A stretch of DNA of 64,000 bases from Fistulifera solaris (Eukaryota), in NCBI GenBank assembly GCA_030295235.1, contig AP026133.1, positions 806,001-870,000 of the forward strand, written 5' to 3'. This document shows, piece after piece, positions 63,556-64,000 of this stretch. The number at the start of each line of letters is the position of its first letter. Position 1 is the stretch's first letter. A program made the position numbers and the translations under genes. The notes beneath the pieces are model-generated. The model had not been told where the DNA came from. It worked only from the letters and a program-made list of their open reading frames with translations, and did no database searches.

Positions 63556-64000
63556 ATGGCCGGTGATTCCACCTCGTCATTCATCGAGGACCTCGTTCAC
63601 TCACTCGCACATCACTTTATTGTGGAAAAGATCCGCCCTACGAAGGGATAGATACATGCTTGCAAGAAGATCCTTGGTGTGCAACCTGTCACAAGAGACC
63701 AGAAAGCGGTCTCTTGTGCTGCTCGCGTTGTCATACGGCTTGGTATTGTAATAGTAGTTGTCAGAAAGCTCACTACAAATCCGGACATCGCGAGATATGC
63801 TTGTCCGTTGCCAGAGATATAAAGAGCTTAGAAGAGGAGATTATTCCATTACTCAACACTCCCTTTGGCGACGACCCAGCACCACACAATATATTTGAAA
63901 CAGAAATCGGAATGTTTAGCGAGGGACCTGAAGCACATCGCTACATGGTGGCGCGCCGTGAGTTGGTCGAATCCTATTTTCAGGCAGCATTTGACGTCGA
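63556..64000 (+). CDS. MYND zinc finger protein, 5' part (runs off the window end)
   Basis: Open frame from about 63618 to the end: WCATCHK..LCCSRCHTAWYCNSSCQKAHYKSGHREIC. The ATG at 63556 needs one frameshift at the T-run near 63616. Confidence 0.8.

Noticed and set aside
1..64000. tRNA, rRNA, CRISPR arrays and prokaryotic operons; TTG/GTG starts in the ORF track
   Set aside because: No cloverleaf, rRNA-like or repeat-spacer structure was found by eye. The DNA is intron-containing and eukaryotic, so ATG starts were used.

Overview
Compact, gene-dense eukaryotic nuclear DNA with short introns (about 65-105 nt, one of 144 nt) and plastid proteins carrying bipartite signal-plus-transit peptides (signal peptide followed by Phe). 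The gene families point to a pennate diatom, and a Fistulifera-like genome is my inference. About 25 genes or pseudogenes are recognisable. In order they are: LigB/DODA dioxygenase; two copies of a lineage-expanded unknown family flanking a GCK-domain gene; DUF676 lipase; cytochrome c heme lyase; an atypical ABC half-transporter; a plastid DprA/Smf-like protein; a D-box protein that may be a securin; GPN2; DMAP1/SWC4; CCB3; a class C GPCR with a bacterial-type sugar-binding ectodomain; a Na+/H+ exchanger; a secretory double-SET protein; IWR1; a plastid M41-like pseudo-protease; NUUM-like and COA3-like mitochondrial proteins; GH16 glucanase; a receptor cyclase-phosphodiesterase fusion; MYND/MSS51; head-to-head TOP6B and POLE1; a hidden 97-aa two-exon gene; ABCF; a decayed glycosyltransferase-like pseudogene; and a MYND gene cut by the window end. 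Most long genes carry single-base frameshifts at homopolymer runs, which is best explained by unpolished long-read assembly error. Non-coding highlights are a 192-bp Harbinger/Tourist-like MITE with a TCA target-site duplication and pervasive 7-bp tandem duplications of unrelated sequence. No rRNA, tRNA or CRISPR array was seen. All family calls come from motif recognition; no database search was run.
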